A stretch of DNA of 64,000 nucleotides from Eledone cirrhosa (taxonomy: Eukaryota): NCBI GenBank assembly GCA_964016885.1, contig OZ024740.1:378076001-378140000 (forward strand), written 5' to 3'. The notes under the pieces are model-generated. The model was not told the DNA's origin and did not search any database. It saw only the letters and a list, made by a program, of their open reading frames with translations. Below, in pieces: positions 57,556-64,000 of the stretch. Position 1 is the first letter of the stretch, and each line of letters opens with the position of its first letter. The position numbers were made by a program, and so were the translations under genes.

Positions 57556-57599
57556 AGAACTTTTTGCTATGTTACACATACCATCTTAATAATGAAATA

Positions 57600-58485
57600 A
57601 TTTCAGTAAATCCATCCAAATCCATTGATTGTGTGCTCGAACATTGTCCTGATGAAACAAGATCCCTTTCGTCTGTTTCTCTGTAGTTTGGTCTTGATAG
57701 CCTTTCATAACTGCTTCAGCAAGTTGGCATAGTACTTTCCATTGATGGTGTGGCCCTTTTGAAGATAGTTAATAAACACAATGCCTTTTGCATCCTCAAA
57801 ACAGGCCATCACCTACCCTGTAGATCAATCCACCTTGGCCTTCTTTGGAGCATGTGAGAAAGGGTTGTTTCCACAACATGGATTGACTTTTTGTCTCTGG
57901 CTCAAAGTGATCAAGACAACACTCATCCTGTGTTAGGAAACATTCAAGAAAACCAGCTGGATCTGCCTCAAACAATGTTAGATTTTCCCGTGATGTAGAA
58001 TATTCCCAACTTTCTCATGGGATATGCTAATAGCATTGACTATTTGATTTATAGTCAATCGTCTGTCATCCATTATGTTCATCATGTGGTGAAGACAATG
58101 TTTTCTTTGGTGGTGGCAGTTGCAGGACATCCAGACCTTGGGTTATCTTCAAGACTCTCTCTTCTCCTCCTAAATTCAGCTGTCATCTTTTCCACTGTTG
58201 ATAAAGCTGGTGTGTCATCTCCTAATGTAAGCATAAATGTCCTTGGGGGTTAAACCCATTTTCTGCAAGAACACGATAACATCACAATGCCAAATTTTGT
58301 CCATTTTTAAGAAAAATCGCTACTAGTTATATTTGAAGTCTTCTTTGAACAGTCAGATGTCAGTTTATCTAGAAAGAAACAATGCAGTTATTATAAGAAG
58401 AGATGAAATTAATGCATGCAAGATTTCACAACCCTAGCATCACTCTTTCATAGTCAGCCTGTGAACTTTTCAGCCCACATTTGTA
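57600..58485 (-). mobile_element. Degenerate partial mariner element
   Basis: Aligns to 62200-63334; terminal GTCAGCCTGTGAACTTTTCAGCCC. Confidence 0.7.
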
Positions 58486-60538
58486 GATTTATATTTTACT
58501 ACTTATTCTGAGCCTATGTGCTAAATTTAATCTTTTGAGAAATACTTCTTGTTTGTCTTAACTTTATTATCCTTTCATGTATGTAACCTTAAGGCCTGCA
58601 GTCTATGTATTAACTACAACATTGCTTGTTTTCAACTTCCTTTAGCATTAAAAGAGACTTTAAAAAAATTCAGTGTATATTTTGCTAATTCTGAATAATT
58701 TTTTGGAGGGGCTTAAACTAGTATGTCTCTAAATCTACAGCTATTTATCCTCCTCCTCCTCCTCCTCCAAACTGTTTTGAGTTTCTGTATGCATCTAACA
58801 CTTTTTCTGAAGCCACTAATCTATGTTGTGTGGTGCATTCTTCACCAGAGAAAGACTGCATTCACAACCTTCAGCCTATTCCTGGTAAAAATAAATTCTA
58901 TCTGGCTTGTGTATTTGCCTGATTGGTAAGTGATCATTTAGCTGGTCAGTTTCCTGAAGTTTTTGATGCAACTTGTCAAGTCATTTGTGTCATACATCTC
59001 CAGGAGCCTTGATCTCACTTGACTTCTCACACCAAAGCCATAATACCATGGGATACATCATTGATTTGCCTAACATGATTGTTAAAGTCACCATAATCAT
59101 TGTTTAATGTCTATCTTCCATGCTAGTATGGATTCAAGATAATGTTCCTTTCGTTTGTCATTGGGGATGGCTGCAAAAGAACCTTATAGAAATGTTCCTT
59201 CTTGTGTTGACATGACCAGCTTGTAAGTCGTATCTAGAGACAAATATAGCTGCTGTATTGTCAAAGATTAGTCTAAGCTTAATTATTCTATCACATACTC
59301 TTTCTGTCACACACTCGATTTCATTACCCACCTATTTCTCTCTATGCCTACACCATCTACACTGTCACTGCTACCCATCAGTAGAATTTGTATCTATGTT
59401 CCTTTGTCAGTGAAGAGTCTAGATTCCTCCATCTTATTCCTTCACTTCTTTCAATCATCTAACGATTAACTTACTTTCAATTAGAACTCTGGTCTTTGAC
59501 AAGTCTTCTCTAGGTTAATAGTTGTTATGACTCACACCTGTGCAAGATTTGCTGGCCACCTAATGATTGGGGCTCTATAAGTTATTTATTTCTCATGAAT
59601 TATTAATTTAAAAAGCAAACTTTGATTCTAATCCTGTCTTTTAAAAACATAATTCATTATTTTCATAATATATTGTGGGAATATGCTAAAAATACAGAAA
59701 TTTAGATGATACATTGCTATAGAGAAGAAAAATGCTACTGCACATCAGATGTTAGCTTCATTTTATCCATGTAGAACTTGGTTAATGTAAAAGACAATTT
59801 CTTTAACAAAACATTTCAATTTTGTTAAGTAGTATTCTGAAAACAAGTACAAAAGTCAAGTTGTATAGTATTAGATATTAATCTCATTTGAAATTGGTAA
59901 AACTTTGAAAATAAAGGCTTAATTATCTATAGAAATGAAATATTTTTCGAAATTAGAAATATTTTATTGTTTGTTTTGTAATGGCAAATTCTGAAGTATC
60001 TCTGTTTAGTTGTAAGCAACACCATATTAACAACACTGTTAATTGTTGAGTTTATAGTGACAAGTGTGACTAGAATAATTATATCAACTGCATAAAAACA
60101 CTTGAAAAGATTCAGAAAGAATTCTTTCTTTATACAGCAGCTAAAAAGTATTAGAATATTGTAACCACTGTTTATACTAATAAACTTGATCCACTGCAGG
60201 CTTTAATTATCACTGCTAAGTATCCAGGTGTGTACTCAGATTCTTTGATTCCATTGCTTTATCTGATTACAGGAGCAATGGTGTAAGATTTAATCTGTAA
60301 ATAGATTTTGCTTTTGTTCTTTTATGTTGCATTCTTTTTATCAAATTGCTTTGCTATCAGATGAAACAATAATATATAATGAATAGTATATCAGCTTGTC
60401 TGGTAATGCTTTCATTTCTTACTTAATGGCTTAATTTTCTAGTAATTGAAAAGTTGGTAACATTGGTGTGTAGTTGTCTCATTCTTTTAATTTTATATCA
60501 CAATTGGTGAAAGTATACGGCCTAATGATTTGCGTGAT

Positions 60539-60885
60539 GGAGGCACATGGCTTAGTGGTTAGAGCATTGGCCTTGCAATCGAAAGGTTGTGAGTTCAATT
60601 CCCAGACCGAGTGATGTGTTGTTTCCTTGAGCAAGACACTTTATTTCACATTGCTCCAGTTTACTCAGCTGTAGAAATGAGATGATAGGGACTGGGGTCC
60701 CTATCATTCCACTGCAAAGTGGTCGTGGGGGTGCCACGGCAAAAAAGCACCCAGCACTCACTGTAAATGAGGTTGGTGTTAGGAAGGGCATCCAGCTGTA
60801 GAAATCAAGCCAGAATCAGTTCCCGTCCCACCCTTGCAAGCAGGGAAAAGTGGACGTAAAATGAAATGATGAAATGATGATGATC
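60539..60885 (+). mobile_element. tRNA-derived SINE, family B (full length)
   Basis: A/B boxes, internal hairpin ATGATAGGG..CCCTATCAT, RTE tail and (GAAAT/GAT)n. Confidence 0.85.
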
Positions 60886-61875
60886 ATAAGGTCATGAGTT
60901 CAGTTCCTGAACTGGACAGCATGTTTTGTTCTTGAGCAAGATGCTTCATTTCACATTGCTTTTTATGATAGGACTGGGGTCCCTATCAAATGCAACCTTA
61001 TAGGAGGCCAGCTAAACCTGTAATTTTTCTTTCAACAGATGGTGAGTAATTACATTGTTGGTTACAGGTTTCTAACAGGCCAATCACTGCTTTATTGCTT
61101 GTCTAATGGTAGGAGGGATAAAGGATTGTTTAAATCAGCAGAACAAACCTCTCACAGGGTGATTTTCTTTGAAGACACCTGTTTTTCAGCTTTCCTTACT
61201 GATATTTCCCTGTATATCTTTCTTTTTTCAGTGAAAGAGATACATATTTGGGTGTTCATATTTATATTTGTCCTGATACATATTTTTACACCTAGATTAT
61301 TATACTAATTATTCTGTGTTTGCATTGAGTTCATCATCATTATTGTTGTACATTCTAATTGATATTAATATATATGAATACATGTTTAAGACAAGCTTCT
61401 GCATAGTTTCTCCCTACCAAAATGCCACATAAGGTCAACCAGAAATTACGGTAGACACATGCACAAGGTACTGTACAGTCACTGAACCTGAAATCAGTCA
61501 TTAATCATTTATCAAATTCAAAATTGATTTCATTCGTTAACTATTATCATACCACGACTGAATGTGATTGTGTTTCTATCCTTTACCTTGTTCCAAATGT
61601 TGGAGTTCTTATTCTCTATTTGAGCGATTTTGGTAAAGTTGCAAATGTTTCTGCTACACCAGTCATTCATGATAACTTACCTGCACCTCCTCATTTATTA
61701 ACACGTAATGTTCTGTGCCACATCACACCATATTAGCAAGACACTTTTGGAAAGTATAAGACAGCACTATGACTCTTTCATATTAACGATGGAAGTCTTT
61801 ACTCTAATTGGGCAAGTTTTCACAATGAACTGTTAATCAGTAAAGATACTGTATACATTTGAAATAACAAACCTA

Positions 61876-62961
61876 TGAGGGTCAGCGGAAAAGCTCATAG
61901 GCAAACCATGATACTCTCATGGAATGTAACCAAATGAGGTTTATTTTTCAACAGTTTCCCTTGTGGTACACACACTTCTTCCATCAGTGTTGCAATACTT
62001 CAATCCCATTGAAGAAGCTTTCATCCTATTGGTAAAAAAAAGTCATCAACAGCAGATATGACATCATCACTGTGATACTGGTTCTCAGCCAAGTGTTTTT
62101 TCATCTTGGAGAACAGATGGGGCTAAATCAGGAGAATAGGGAGGATGGGCAACCAGTTCAAAGCCACAGTCATGCACAGCAGCCATTGAAACCGAGAACT
62201 TGTGTGCTGAAGCATTGTCCCGATGAAACAAGTCCTCATTCATCAGTTTTCCTGAGCACTTGGCCTTGGTAGCCTTTTATAACTGCCTTAGCAAGTTGGC
62301 ATAGTACTTTCCATTGATGGTGTGGCCATTTTGAAAATAGTCAATAAACACAATGCCATTTGTGTCCCCAAAAACTGAGGCCATCACCTTCACTGTAGAT
62401 GAAACAACTTGGCCTTCTTTGGAGTAGATGAGGAGGGTTGTTTTTACTGCATGGATTGATGAAGCCAACACTCCTCCTAGGTTAGGAAATGTTCAAGGAA
62501 ACCAGCTGGATCTGCCTCAAACAATGTCAGATTTTCACATGATGTGATCAACCTGGTGCACTTTTGATCAGGTGTCAGAAGATGTGGCACCCATGCCAAG
62601 TTCATTGTGCAGAATATTCTCAACTCTTTCATGGGATTTGCTGATAGCACTGGCTATTTGATTTATATTCAATCACCTGTCATCTATCACCATGTAGTGA
62701 ACAAGATCAATGTTTTCCTTGGTGACAGTTGCAGGACGTCCAGACCTTGGGTCAGCTGCCCACTTTTTCACTGTTGATAACGCTGGAGCGTCATCCCTTA
62801 ATGTAGCAACCATGTCAGCATGAATGTTCTTGGGGGCTAAGCCCTTTTTGTGCAGCATAGAACCGGGTGGCACCACTATGGGGATGGACATTCCAGTTGA
62901 CCGCATCGAACCCCTCTCACAGCGGCACCACAGTTTGGGAGCTTGGGACTGGATGGCATCG

Positions 62962-63021
<60 letters not shown>

Positions 63022-63334
63022 TGATTGTCTTGCTCGCAGTCCTATGCGAGCAAGACAATCACTCTTGCCTCAAGTGGGAATACCCACGTCCAAACCCATG
63101 CAAGCGTGGAACACGGACGTTAAACGTTGATGATGATGATGATACACACACCATTTTCAAGAGAAGTTTTTACTAGTTACTTTTGAAGTTTTCTTTGAAC
63201 TGTCACATGTCAGTTTACCTGGAAAGAAACAATGTAGTTATTAAGAAGAAGAGTTGAAATTAATGCATGCAAGATTTCACAGCTCTAACATGATTCCTTC
63301 ATAGTCAGCCTATGAACTTTTCAGCCCAACTTCA
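61876..63334 (-). mobile_element. Degenerate mariner (irritans/Himar-like) transposon with an RTE-tail insertion at ~62856-63143
   Basis: TA-flanked imperfect TIRs; KVMASVF.D..GIVFIDY..TINGKYYANLL and DPRSGRP frames; the insert's 3' end matches 16935-17045. Confidence 0.8.
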
Positions 63335-64000
63335 TATATTTAAAGATATTTTTTGCTAACTCATTACAGGATGTTGAGAGATAACTAGCATACTCCATAC
63401 ATCACCCATACAAAATACTCATCATAAGAATTTGCACTTGTGTTCCTTGTCTGAGAGGAGTACACAACACATCCATTCTCCTCTGCAGTAACTTAAAAAA
63501 ATTTATTCTATTGCCATTTTCATCTTTTAGTTTTCTATACTTTCCACCTAGTTTCTTGGCATAGTCTTATGCTATCAATTCCAGCTGATTACTTCTTAAC
63601 ATAATTGGCCATTTGCTCTATTCACAGTACTGTCTAATGACCTTTGTGTTGTCTTATAGCTAACTGTCCTCACTCCTATATGAATTCTTAATTTTTGTTT
63701 CATTGTTTATGGTGCTATAAGGAATCGGGCTTTTATAGATGCATCGTTCAGTTCTTGAATCCTTCTTCTGGTTGGTATTCTTTGCCTTACATTCACTTCT
63801 TTCAACATGAAGTGACTTATCTTTAATCTTTATTAATATCTTTATAAGAGATAGTCTCTATGTACACAATGGTTTCTACCTCTCTTCCTAGTCTGGAAAA
63901 ACTTGATATTGATTTTACCTAGACCTCATTAACAGGTAATCAGTTTATACTTTGATTTCCTGAACTTACAGCAGATAAATTCATTTCCATTACAAAACTC

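Noticed and set aside
60200-60285. Possible plus-strand exon (ALIITAKYPG..)
   Set aside because: Weak acceptor, no recognised homology, and it cannot be linked to other exons.
60539-60610. tRNA-like heads with GCA in the anticodon-like position (also at 20120-20190 and 2550-2625)
   Set aside because: These are SINE heads; the cloverleaf stems are incomplete and run straight into the SINE body.

Overview
AT-rich eukaryotic DNA, most consistent with an octopod cephalopod (inferred from SINE/RTE types and very long (TA)n tracts). It holds two recognisable genes, both on the minus strand. One is a complete 5-exon RPL10A (uL1) gene (41565-44584, 217 aa, TCT/TOP start). The other is the first two coding exons of a type II membrane M28B-family (PSMA/NAALADase/transferrin-receptor-like) gene, split by a 27-kb intron. 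The rest is mostly transposon-derived: a nearly intact RTE LINE with one frameshift, several truncated RTEs, a CRE-like LINE, hAT, maT and mariner remnants, a Helitron-like element and two tRNA-SINE families. The most notable signal is a set of type I hammerhead ribozymes. A 310-bp near-perfect tandem array (53701-57529) carries 13 identical minimal hammerheads, is highly structured, and flips orientation internally, which makes it a retrozyme/circular-RNA-like element. Three related Penelope-type inverted hairpin insertions (12.6, 18.9, 26.4 kb) show compensatory changes in hammerhead stem I. RPL10A introns also contain a candidate hairpin-enclosed poison exon and a candidate uL1-binding autoregulatory element. 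All calls are by eye; no searches or folding programs were run.
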